Origin: a virus
Lineage: Duplodnaviria > Heunggongvirae > Uroviricota > Caudoviricetes
Direction: 5' to 3' (one strand)
DNA: 15,286 nucleotides
IMG/VR virus record: IMGVR_UViG_2711768167_000011
Span: 1-15,286 of that record
Part shown: in pieces, positions 7,437 through 15,286 of the stretch
Layout: every line of letters begins with the position of its first letter
Numbering within the stretch: position 1 is the stretch's first letter
Notes under the pieces: generated by a model
Seen by the model: only the letters and a program-made list of their open reading frames with translations
Databases searched by the model: none
Told to the model about the DNA's origin: nothing
Made by a program: the position numbers and the translations under genes

Positions 7437-8441
7437 TTACTCTGCTGGCTCTTTTTCTTCGGTGATCACTATGTTGGCTACCGGGTTAAATCTCATGGCA
7501 TCTGCCAGATAATCCGGTGCAAAATGTGCGTATGCCATAGTCTGCTGAATTGTCGCATGCCCAAGGATTTTTTGTAGCGCAAGAATGTTGCCACCGTTCA
7601 TCACAAAGTGACTGGCGAATGTATGCCGCAATACATGCGCAGCCTGCCCCCTCGGTAAATCGGGTTTTATTTTTTTTAATGCCCGGCAAAACTCTCTGTA
7701 CTTCACATCAAACAGTCGCCCGGTTTCTTTTGTTTTTACGGCATCGCATATTTCCTGCGACACAGGCACCGTTCTTTTTCTACCGTTTTTGGTTTCCAGA
7801 AACGTTATTCTGTTATGAACTATTTGCTCTCCATGCAATCTGCTGGCCTCACTCCAGCGGGCTCCGGTACAAAGACACAAGAGCGCAACCCTTCGTTGAT
7901 CTCCATTCAGCCCGTCAAGCAACAATGTGACCTCGTTTTTTGATAAAAAGGCCATTTCCCGCTGCTTTACATAAAGAACAGGAATACCACGAACCGGATG
8001 CTCTGCATCCCACAAACCGATCTTTTTCAGGGCTGTAAACATCCCCGATAATCTGTTCATGTATCTGTTTGCTGAGGACGGCTTTAATCCTTCCGCAATT
8101 TTCTGCGATCGCCATGCAATGATTTTTAATTTGTTGAGTTCTGCCGCAAACATGTCAGCTCCAAGCTCATTAATAATTTTGCCAAGTTGCTGTTTATCCG
8201 TGTTTGCCTTTCGCCTGTGCTGACCGTGATAGACCCACCACAATTCCAGTAAATCGCTAAGCGTTCTCCGGTCGCGATAGCCCTGTATAAACTCGCGCTT
8301 TTCGGCGTTCGCTATGATGTACCGTTCAGTTGCTGTAGCTATCGATTTTTTGTCAAATATTCTTCTGATGCGCTTCCCTTTACGTCCGCATGGCCTGATA
8401 TCGAGCAGCCACCGCCCATCATGCATCTTTCTGATCGGCAT
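7437..8441 (-). CDS. P2-type tyrosine integrase (334 aa)
   Basis: N-terminus MPIRKMHDGRWLLDIRPCGRKGKRIRRIFDKKS closely resembles recalled P2 Int (DGRYEVDIRPTGRNGKRIRRKFDKKS); catalytic HVLRHTFASH and C-terminal Tyr (QTMAYAHF). Start ATG at 8441 with AGGAGG upstream; the ORF-track start at 8477 lacks an SD. Confidence 0.85.
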   Translation of the reverse strand: MPIRKMHDGRWLLDIRPCGRKGKRIRRIFDKKSIATATERYIIANAEKREFIQGYRDRRTLSDLLELWWVYHGQHRRKANTDKQQLGKIINELGADMFAAELNKLKIIAWRSQKIAEGLKPSSANRYMNRLSGMFTALKKIGLWDAEHPVRGIPVLYVKQREMAFLSKNEVTLLLDGLNGDQRRVALLCLCTGARWSEASRLHGEQIVHNRITFLETKNGRKRTVPVSQEICDAVKTKETGRLFDVKYREFCRALKKIKPDLPRGQAAHVLRHTFASHFVMNGGNILALQKILGHATIQQTMAYAHFAPDYLADAMRFNPVANIVITEEKEPAE

Positions 8442-8443
8442 GT

Positions 8444-11113
8444 TTAACTCCCCTCCTTGTAACTGAATATCCGGCATTTCAGTACTTCCGGCTCTCTGGC
8501 CTCGGCGACCCCTCTTCCGGCGTTTGCCTGTCTGGAGACCTCACTACGAATGGTTTTGCGGCCTGTCAAAGGTCGGGAACGTCCGGCTGCGAGCAACTCA
8601 ATCATTTCGCGGTCAGTTCGGATCTCCACGCGGTGGATAGCGGCAGCCTGTGCCAGTTGCGGAATACTGATAGCAATCCCCTCGCGGCATCCCTTGCCGT
8701 AGTGGTTTACACCGTATTTTGTTATGCCGTCCAGATAGTCGAACGCCTCCCAGAACGCTATTACTTCCGGCAAGTCATCCGTTACCGCTTTAACTTGTTC
8801 CGCTGCCATTCGTTCCAGTTCCTGGCATGTGGCATTAAGCCATTCATCCGGGATATCAATAACGCATTTCAGCGCCCTGACCAGCGCAATAAGTTGCGCG
8901 TGATTTTTGGCAATACGGGGATGGAGAATATTTTCGCAACCGCAAAGGCGGGTCGTTTCAGGCTCTGAGAGCGCCAGAAACATTTCCATAATTGCCCGTT
9001 CACGGCTGACTGCCCGATGAATAAACCCTGACACCTTCTCAACGGGGTAGAGTTCCAGTCGTCTCGCCGCCAGCCGGGTATCAGACGAGTGGCGCTTTTT
9101 ATCGGTATATATGCGAATCAGTCGCTCAATAATTGCAAGTGAGGCGTTTACCCTGGCATTCTGTGCAATCACGATAGCGCCCTTAAAATCCGGGTCATAG
9201 GTGTTGTTATTGTTGGTCTTAACGCCACGAACGCCGATACCGCCGCCGTTATAGAGGCTTTTCAGGTTATCGAAGTCAAACGCACCTCTTTTTTGCGCAT
9301 TGCCTCCCCGGTCTGCTTCAATCAGAACAACAGGTAATCCGGCGACCTGTCCAAAGGTGCGCTTCCAGCCCGCCTCTGATCCTTTGGTTGGATCAACGCC
9401 TTCATAGTTGTCACGACCGCACAACCGCCAGCAAAAATCAATCAATGTTGATTTACCCGTTCCGGGCTCCCCGGTGACTTCAAGGAAGGGGAAGGATTCT
9501 TCTTTATCCCGGATTTGTTCGCTGAACAGGGAGCCCAACCAGAAAGCCAGGGTAATAATTCCTTTTTCACCAAAAGCCAGCCAGAGATCTTCCACCCAGG
9601 ACTCTGTAAACTCATCCGGTTTTTTGTAGTTAATCTGTAATGTGGGTTTTTCGCTTAATGGTTTTGCGTTTATGCCATCAATTTCAAAATAATCTTCGTC
9701 ATTGATTTCATAAGTTTTTCCCTTGTAAACAGCAATATCATTAAACAGCCATGCCCCAATCGCCTTGTTGTATCCGATAAAATCCTGACCAATAACCTCT
9801 TTTATTGCGGGAAGGTCATTTTTTATTAATGCGTCAAGGTGCGCAGTTGTTCCGGTATAAATGCCGCCTTTTGCCACATGCAACAGGCGTTTTTTAAATT
9901 CAGATGCGGATGTCAATTGTCCTGATGTAAAGGTGTTTTTCACCGTAGCACCATCCGGGAACGTAACACGGAAGTAATACCATGCTTCATCCGTGTCATT
10001 ATTTCGAATGTAATAAAGCGGCGCTGGGTTACAGTTTGCGATTTCTTTTACTGCGCCAGATTCCTTAAGTGCAATTTTGCGCGCTTCATCCTCATCAACA
10101 CTTCTCTCATTCTTGGCACGCTCTACAGCTTTCATATAGCGCTCAATGTCCAGTTTGAACCAGAAAACACGGTTATCAAAAGTAAAATGAAATTCCTTCC
10201 GCTCACGAAAGGAAAATATTATTAGCGCCTTATCTCTCGGAGATTTCGCCAGCAATAAATCACCGTAATGACGGTATCTTTTCACATCATGGCCACGCAG
10301 CTTTCCGGCGATGTGTAAATCATTCCAGTCGCGTTTATTGTTGTTTTTACCTGGCAACGCCGCTGCCGTTCTCCAGCCGTCTTCGGCGCTGCGTTCTGCA
10401 TGTTTTTTCGCGTAACGCTCACCCGCACGCCCGTTATCCAGCGCCCACACAATAACCGGACGGGGATTATCCCCGCACAGCTTCGCCAGCTCTTCCAGCG
10501 CCTTATCAGGGTAGTTCACGGCAGACATGACAGAAACGGCCGCAATGCCATTCTGGTTAAGGCTGATGGCATCAAAGATGCCCTCACAAATCCAGATTTC
10601 TTTGGCCTTGCTTAAATCTGCTCCCGGATAAGCCCACCACAACCCCTTGTAGCTGCCGGAAAAATTCGCCTTGCGCGCGAAGCGTCCCGGTCTGTCTATG
10701 ATGCGCTCCCACCACACGCCGTCAGCCAGCGTAAAACGCACAGTAGCGGCCTGTTCGCCGTTTTCCTTGTCCTGGTATCGCTCCTGAGTAAATGCGCCCT
10801 TCAGTGGCCCCACAGCAATATTGCGCGCCTCCTGAAGATAAGCTGCCACCGCTGCATATGGCTCGTCTTTCGTGCTGATATAACGATCTGACCATGATGA
10901 AAACACATCCGGGTAAAGTTCTTTGGTCAGCAGGTCTGTACCGCATTTATTTTCGCGCCCACAGTGTACGATGTACGGCCTTTCAAGGCTGGTAAACAAC
11001 TCTTTCTTTCCACATTGCGGACAAACACCATACCGGAGGTAGTTATTTTCTTCTTTGAAGTTGTAATCACGGATAAGACGGTTAATAATCTCTTTTCTGA
11101 TGTCAGATTTCAT
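8444..11113 (-). CDS. bifunctional primase-helicase (P4 alpha-like / PICI pri-rep-like), 889 aa
   Basis: N-terminal zinc-binding CPQCGKK...HCGRENKCG, Toprim-like ICEGIFDAISL, P-loop GEPGTGKST and Walker-B-like VVLIEAD. ATG at 11113 with GGAG 8 nt upstream preferred over the GTG at 11137. Confidence 0.85.
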   Translation of the reverse strand: MKSDIRKEIINRLIRDYNFKEENNYLRYGVCPQCGKKELFTSLERPYIVHCGRENKCGTDLLTKELYPDVFSSWSDRYISTKDEPYAAVAAYLQEARNIAVGPLKGAFTQERYQDKENGEQAATVRFTLADGVWWERIIDRPGRFARKANFSGSYKGLWWAYPGADLSKAKEIWICEGIFDAISLNQNGIAAVSVMSAVNYPDKALEELAKLCGDNPRPVIVWALDNGRAGERYAKKHAERSAEDGWRTAAALPGKNNNKRDWNDLHIAGKLRGHDVKRYRHYGDLLLAKSPRDKALIIFSFRERKEFHFTFDNRVFWFKLDIERYMKAVERAKNERSVDEDEARKIALKESGAVKEIANCNPAPLYYIRNNDTDEAWYYFRVTFPDGATVKNTFTSGQLTSASEFKKRLLHVAKGGIYTGTTAHLDALIKNDLPAIKEVIGQDFIGYNKAIGAWLFNDIAVYKGKTYEINDEDYFEIDGINAKPLSEKPTLQINYKKPDEFTESWVEDLWLAFGEKGIITLAFWLGSLFSEQIRDKEESFPFLEVTGEPGTGKSTLIDFCWRLCGRDNYEGVDPTKGSEAGWKRTFGQVAGLPVVLIEADRGGNAQKRGAFDFDNLKSLYNGGGIGVRGVKTNNNNTYDPDFKGAIVIAQNARVNASLAIIERLIRIYTDKKRHSSDTRLAARRLELYPVEKVSGFIHRAVSRERAIMEMFLALSEPETTRLCGCENILHPRIAKNHAQLIALVRALKCVIDIPDEWLNATCQELERMAAEQVKAVTDDLPEVIAFWEAFDYLDGITKYGVNHYGKGCREGIAISIPQLAQAAAIHRVEIRTDREMIELLAAGRSRPLTGRKTIRSEVSRQANAGRGVAEAREPEVLKCRIFSYKEGS

Positions 11114-11161
11114 ATATAAAACTCCACCCCACTGCACCTTTTGCCGTGGGGTTTTTATTAA

Positions 11162-11461
11162 TTACTCGTTACTTATTGCTTTGGCAATCCCGGCGGTTTC
11201 AGCACTATGCCATGAAAAAATTCCGCCAGAAGTATGCATTCCTGACTTAATCACTCGTAATTCCCGATAAAGAATGTTAGTTAATGATTCCATTTCATTA
11301 ATTTGCACTGGCATTCTCTCACTGGTATTAATTTCACCTGTCAATGCTGAAAGGAGCGCAATAACATTTATTACATCTTCAAGATTCTCAATGGAATCTT
11401 CCGTGAAAAAACCAGCGTATTCTTTTTTGTATATATTGCGGATATTCTGATTTTTAGACAT
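11162..11461 (-). CDS. hypothetical protein (99 aa)
   Basis: ATG at 11461 with GGGGAG 5 nt upstream; sits immediately upstream of the primase on the same strand. Confidence 0.5.
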   Translation of the reverse strand: MSKNQNIRNIYKKEYAGFFTEDSIENLEDVINVIALLSALTGEINTSERMPVQINEMESLTNILYRELRVIKSGMHTSGGIFSWHSAETAGIAKAISNE

Positions 11462-11528
11462 AAAAACTCCCCGACCCGTTAAGATCGAAATATAAATTTA
11501 ATTCAGTTATCAGTTGGTAATTCGGTAA

Positions 11529-11747
11529 TCAGTCGGAAAGCTGCGTCACCTTCAACGCTTTGAAATGTGTCATTCCCAGCTCTTCCAGCCCTTCGGCTGC
11601 GCGGCGTATGGCTTCGCCCGGTCCTGTTCCGTATACCGTTGCATGTGCATGTTTGGTTAACCCACGTTTATTAACGGCATAACCCAACACAAAGAAACGT
11701 TTTTCACCACTGCCATTATTTTTACGGGATATTGAACGGCTTTTCAT
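11529..11747 (-). CDS. hypothetical small protein (72 aa)
   Basis: ATG at 11747 overlaps the upstream stop (ATGA), indicating translational coupling. Confidence 0.45.
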   Translation of the reverse strand: MKSRSISRKNNGSGEKRFFVLGYAVNKRGLTKHAHATVYGTGPGEAIRRAAEGLEELGMTHFKALKVTQLSD

Positions 11748-11932
11748 TTCTTCACCTTTACCACTGATGCTGTGAGTTCTTCTTCTGGCAATTGATATTT
11801 CGGCGCAATTTCTTCCGTATACCTGATAGCGTCCCTTGCCGCTTTTCCTTTTGATTTATATTTACGTATCGTGTGGAAGTTTTCTTCCTCTCCTGTTACC
11901 ACATTACGCAATTTAATATGAATCTCGTACAT
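11744..11932 (-). CDS. hypothetical small protein (62 aa)
   Basis: ATG at 11932 (Met11 of the ORF-track entry, MYEIHIKL...) with GGAGG 7 nt upstream; 2 nt after the upstream stop. Confidence 0.45.
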   Translation of the reverse strand: MYEIHIKLRNVVTGEEENFHTIRKYKSKGKAARDAIRYTEEIAPKYQLPEEELTASVVKVKK

Positions 11933-11934
11933 CG

Positions 11935-12117
11935 TTACCCCTCCATGATTTTTACTGCGCATTTGTGGGTTAATCGCCCCTGTTTGTCATTGCGGGAATA
12001 TGCCATACGACAGGCATCAAGCCATACATCGTCATAAGTCGGATATTCCCGGGAATGAATCATCTGGCGAACGTCGCCGTTCTGGTAGTTAATCAGGGTG
12101 ATAAGGAGCTTAAACAT
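11935..12117 (-). CDS. hypothetical small protein (60 aa)
   Basis: ATG at 12117 (Met27 of the ORF-track entry, MFKLLITLINY...) with GGGAGG 6 nt upstream; overlaps the 3' end of the Icd-like gene by 8 nt. Confidence 0.4.
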   Translation of the reverse strand: MFKLLITLINYQNGDVRQMIHSREYPTYDDVWLDACRMAYSRNDKQGRLTHKCAVKIMEG

Positions 12118-12283
12118 GGCACGCCTCCCGGACACGGATACGGGCAACAAAGACCAGACGAGATGCCGGAAGCAGGGCGCGCGCTTCGCGCTCACTGGCA
12201 GCGGTAACGGTATGAAGGCGGATATTTTTACCGTGGCACTGCATAAAGCGCCAGATAAAATCAGGGCGTGTTGATATAGCCAT
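12110..12283 (-). CDS. Icd-like cell-division-inhibitor family small protein (57 aa)
   Basis: C-terminal 57 aa of the 175-aa ORF-track entry, starting at ATG 12283 with AAGGAG 8 nt upstream; FIWRF...SEREARALL...LVFVARI pattern resembles Icd-like proteins of P4-like elements as I recall them. Confidence 0.5.
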   Translation of the reverse strand: MAISTRPDFIWRFMQCHGKNIRLHTVTAASEREARALLPASRLVFVARIRVREACHV

Positions 12284-12699
12284 TTTGGCGGCTCCTTCTA
12301 CTGATTTACGGAGTCTCGCCAGCACGCTGCTAAACATGGTGGCGGGACGTAACAGGGTTAGCAGACTGGCGTAGAAGAAACCAGCGAGCGCAAAGGCTCC
12401 CCCATTACGCCCCGCCATAATACGGGGTAGGGTGGAATTACGGGCACAAAAAAACCGCATTACGGAAATATAGCGGCTACCCGCTTCTACTATCAGGCTG
12501 CTAAACCCGGCACCCGCTTTATGAGGTGCGGGCAAACGATACGCCATGACAAAAAAGCGAGTCAAGCAATATTGCAAATTATTTTTGGGCGATTGCGCTG
12601 AGTGATTGATTTTTAAGAGTAAAAAAGTCATAATCATTTCTGGCTATTGTTTCTTATTGTTGATTTCAGGTGCACTAAATGCACATCCTTGACTGGTTG

Positions 12700-12729
12700 G
12701 CTCGCTGGCTTTAGCGAGCTTCTTTTTTG
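12700..12729 (+). terminator. plus-strand intrinsic-terminator-like hairpin with no plus-strand CDS upstream
   Basis: 7-bp stem GCTCGCT (12700..12706) / AGCGAGC (12713..12719), 6-nt loop, followed by TTCTTTTTTG (12720..12729). Confidence 0.3.
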
Positions 12730-13190
12730 CTCTGCTGTCAGTGATCGGCCTCCTTCCCTCATATGTAGTCATGTGCTCATTCCAGTCAGGTGGATAATGC
12801 TGTATTACCGGACATCCGGTTATGATGTTTAAAGCGTTTGTTTGTTTATGCCACGTGGAGAATATACCCCCACCGCCATTACTTGTATTTATCATAACAG
12901 TTCACCCAATTCGGTTAATGTAACCGGAATAACTCAATTTCATACACTGTAAATAAATGCTGATTTTAAACTTAGCTCCTTGGAATATATTTCTTACGTG
13001 TGACGCACAGGTGAAAATATCCCTCTGATAGTCCATTTTCTTTTATTTTGTCACATCTGTTTACTCCGGTTCCCTTAACAAGGGTAGAGCATCTTTTAAA
13101 CCATGAATGCATCTTCGGTTAAGTGATGTTTCTTATTGTATGAAATATTTAGGCGCATATCGCGCCATGCTGACTATAAAATGAAAATAA

Positions 13191-13412
13191 TTAAGCCTGA
13201 AAACGTTGTTGTTTTCTTTCTTCTATCCAGTCGATAATTTCCTCTTCAACCCATGCAACCGCGCGAGGGCCTATTTTTATTGGTTTGGGGAATATATCAG
13301 ATTTTATATCTTCGTAAATTCGAGCTCTTGATCTCCCTGTGATTTCAATGACTCTGGGGAGTCTTATTAATTTTTGAATCCGCCTTTCGCTGGTCTGTGA
13401 GTATGCTGACAT
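13191..13412 (-). CDS. alpA: AlpA-family (excisionase-like) phage transcriptional regulator (73 aa)
   Basis: LIRLPRVIEITGRSRARIYEDIK...FPKPIKIGPRAVAWVEEEI matches the AlpA/Xis-like helix-turn-helix pattern; ATG at 13412 with AGGAGG 5 nt upstream. Confidence 0.85.
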   Translation of the reverse strand: MSAYSQTSERRIQKLIRLPRVIEITGRSRARIYEDIKSDIFPKPIKIGPRAVAWVEEEIIDWIEERKQQRFQA

Positions 13413-13942
13413 ATTGGCCTCCTGTATATGCTGACATTTTACGTTAGCTCACAGCGGGAGCATGTAAGATCTCGCGGTCGTCTGCGGGACGAGAAAAATC
13501 ATAAACAACGAAAAGCGGATTTGTAAATCAGGTCGATTTTCAGGCGGGGTTGACAGGGACAGTGAGATTTGTTCCATGTGTGCAATATACATTTTAGGAC
13601 CACTTTAAGCCACTTTAAACCGCCAGAAAGCGACAAAGAATAACAAGTTAGTGCCAGAAAGGTTTGCTGACTTACCCTTTTAGGTACCAGAAAAAGCCCT
13701 TTCAGGTCGGTGTAATGCTTGTGAACGCTGAAATAGTGGTTTCTGAAAACAAAAAAAGAATTGAAAATGCGATACATATCACAAAATAATATCGATAAAA
13801 TAGTTTGATTTTTTTTGTTTTTATTAAAAGCACTGGTTAATTGTAAAAAATTAATTATAAATCAAATGGATATATCTGTTTTTTTAGGGTAAAAATCACT
13901 AGGTGCTTTTAGCAGTATCTTATTCTATTGATTTTAAAAGAT

Positions 13943-13976
13943 AAAAAAATCGGCGTGTCCACATATTGTCCACGCC
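13943..13976 (-). terminator. rho-independent terminator candidate downstream of the right-hand integrase
   Basis: Stem GGCGTG (13952..13957) / CACGCC (13971..13976), preceded on plus strand by A7 (13943..13949), i.e. a U7 tail on the minus strand; about 50 nt past the integrase stop at 14024. Confidence 0.45.
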
Positions 13977-14023
13977 TTGAGTTTAATTCAGCCGCTTGGG
14001 ATAGTTTAGTTTGTTGAGTTGAT

Positions 14024-15286
14024 TCAGTCTGTTTCGTTAGTCCATTTAAAATCATAGGGGGAAATATATGCCGTCTTGCAGGTGTCGAGATAATCAGCCC
14101 ACCATTGCAACATTCGGCGGCGTTCCTGCATATGTTCAGCTCTGTGAACGTATGCAGCCCGGACACTGCCTCTTTCCCTGTGACTCATCTGAAGCTCAAC
14201 GGCTTCTCTTGTCCACCTGCCTGACTCTGTCAGCGCCGAACAGGCCATGGTCCTGAATCCGTGACCACAAATATCTTTTTTTGTGTCGTATCCCATGTGG
14301 CGTAATGCCTTGTTAATGGTGTTTTCGCTCATTGGTTTTATCTGGTAATGGTCGCTGGGGAAAATAAACACTTCATCACCGGATATATTTCTTATATCGT
14401 CAAGAAGCTGCATGGCCTGAGTGGGTAAAGGGATGGCGTGAGGGGTTCCCATTTTCGTTCCACGATATGAATATTTTACGCCTTCTATTTTTTCGCGTTC
14501 TGCTGGTATTACCCACATTGATTTATCAAAGTCAATTTCATTCCAACGAGCAAAACGCAATTCACTTGAGCGAATAAAAATTAATAAATTTAATTTTAGT
14601 GCAAATTGCGTTAATAACCGTCCATTCATCTTATGGTGGTAATCATTTATTTTGCCAAGTAATTCAGGTAATCGCTCAAGGGGAAGAGCGGGGCGATGTT
14701 TGGTTTTATTAGTTTCGATTGCACCGTTCAGTTCCTGCGCTGGATTGTATTTAATCATTCCATTCTGTACAGCGTAGCGCATAATGGCGTTCATTCGCTG
14801 CTTGTTACGTGATGCTGTCTCAAGCACTCCTTTGTCTTCCATTTTGCGTAAAGGAATCAGTAGATCCATGGTTGTGATCTCGTTAATTGGCCTTTTACCA
14901 AGAATGGGGAAGATGTGGTTTTCCAGGTCTTTTAAGACTTTTTGCGCGTGTAATTCGCTCCACCCCTTTTTCCGGCTGTGCCATTCTCTGGCAACGTCTT
15001 CAAAAAGCACTATTTGAGGTTTTGGTGTGTGCAGTGGGTCAATGCCTTTAGCCAGGCTCGCCAGATATTCATCACGAGCGTTCCTTGCCTGTGCAAGTGT
15101 TACGGCAGGATAAATGCCTAAAGCTCGGGTCGTTTCTTTACCGTTGATAACCTTGCGAAAGCGCCAGTATTTTGAGCCGTTGGGGTGAACATAGAGATAC
15201 AGGCCTTTCCCGTCACGAAGTTTTTTAATTTTATTGTTGTCCTTATCTGGTTTGGCGTTACGTACAGCTATATCAGTCAGTTTCAT
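14024..15286 (-). CDS. P4-type tyrosine integrase (420 aa)
   Basis: N-terminus MKLTDIAVRNAKPDKD...GKGLYLYVHPNGSKYWRF typical of P4-family integrases; catalytic GHGFRTMA and C-terminal RAAYVHRAEH; the start codon is the last 3 nt of the window, so RBS and upstream att lie outside. Confidence 0.9.
   Translation of the reverse strand: MKLTDIAVRNAKPDKDNNKIKKLRDGKGLYLYVHPNGSKYWRFRKVINGKETTRALGIYPAVTLAQARNARDEYLASLAKGIDPLHTPKPQIVLFEDVAREWHSRKKGWSELHAQKVLKDLENHIFPILGKRPINEITTMDLLIPLRKMEDKGVLETASRNKQRMNAIMRYAVQNGMIKYNPAQELNGAIETNKTKHRPALPLERLPELLGKINDYHHKMNGRLLTQFALKLNLLIFIRSSELRFARWNEIDFDKSMWVIPAEREKIEGVKYSYRGTKMGTPHAIPLPTQAMQLLDDIRNISGDEVFIFPSDHYQIKPMSENTINKALRHMGYDTKKDICGHGFRTMACSALTESGRWTREAVELQMSHRERGSVRAAYVHRAEHMQERRRMLQWWADYLDTCKTAYISPYDFKWTNETD

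Noticed and set aside
8442-8477. Integrase start at 8477 (ORF-track start, 346 aa)
   Set aside because: Weak RBS and a 12-residue extension not present in recalled P2-type integrase N-termini; ATG at 8441 has AGGAGG and aligns with the family N-terminus.
11114-11137. Primase start at 11137 (ORF-track start, 897 aa)
   Set aside because: The codon at 11137 is GTG with no SD, whereas ATG at 11113 has GGAG 8 nt upstream.
12284-12637. Upstream two-thirds of the 175-aa ORF 12110..12637
   Set aside because: The internal ATG at 12283 has a strong AAGGAG SD and yields the small size expected of the Icd-like family; the upstream part has no recognisable features.
13499-14166. ORF-track entries 13499..13777 (-) and 13909..14166 (-)
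   Set aside because: They span AT-rich intergenic DNA and the terminator hairpin downstream of the right integrase, and the second overlaps the integrase 3' end; no RBS.

Overview
The window looks like horizontally acquired DNA from an enterobacterial-type genome: a satellite/PICI-like integrative element with a second integrase at its left flank. Almost all genes read on the minus strand. From right to left: a P4-type tyrosine integrase (14024..15286, start codon at the window edge), an AlpA-type regulator, an Icd-like small protein and three tiny overlapping ORFs, a 99-aa ORF, a large primase-helicase (8444..11113) followed 2 nt later by a P2-type integrase (7437..8441), a ~300-bp iteron array bounded by 33-bp perfect inverted repeats, an Ogr/Delta-type zinc-finger activator, a small ribbon-helix-helix-like protein, a translationally coupled two-gene operon of unknown function (3645..5626), a MazEF/PemIK-type toxin-antitoxin pair, and a second P4-type integrase (1407..2597). 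The leftmost 1.4 kb is AT-rich and has no ORF of 60 aa or more. I found no tRNA, rRNA or CRISPR array. The most interesting candidate is the unknown two-gene operon in cargo position, together with a repeated GTATTACG operator-like motif around it. Every family assignment rests on motif and N-terminal resemblance recalled from memory, not on a database search.
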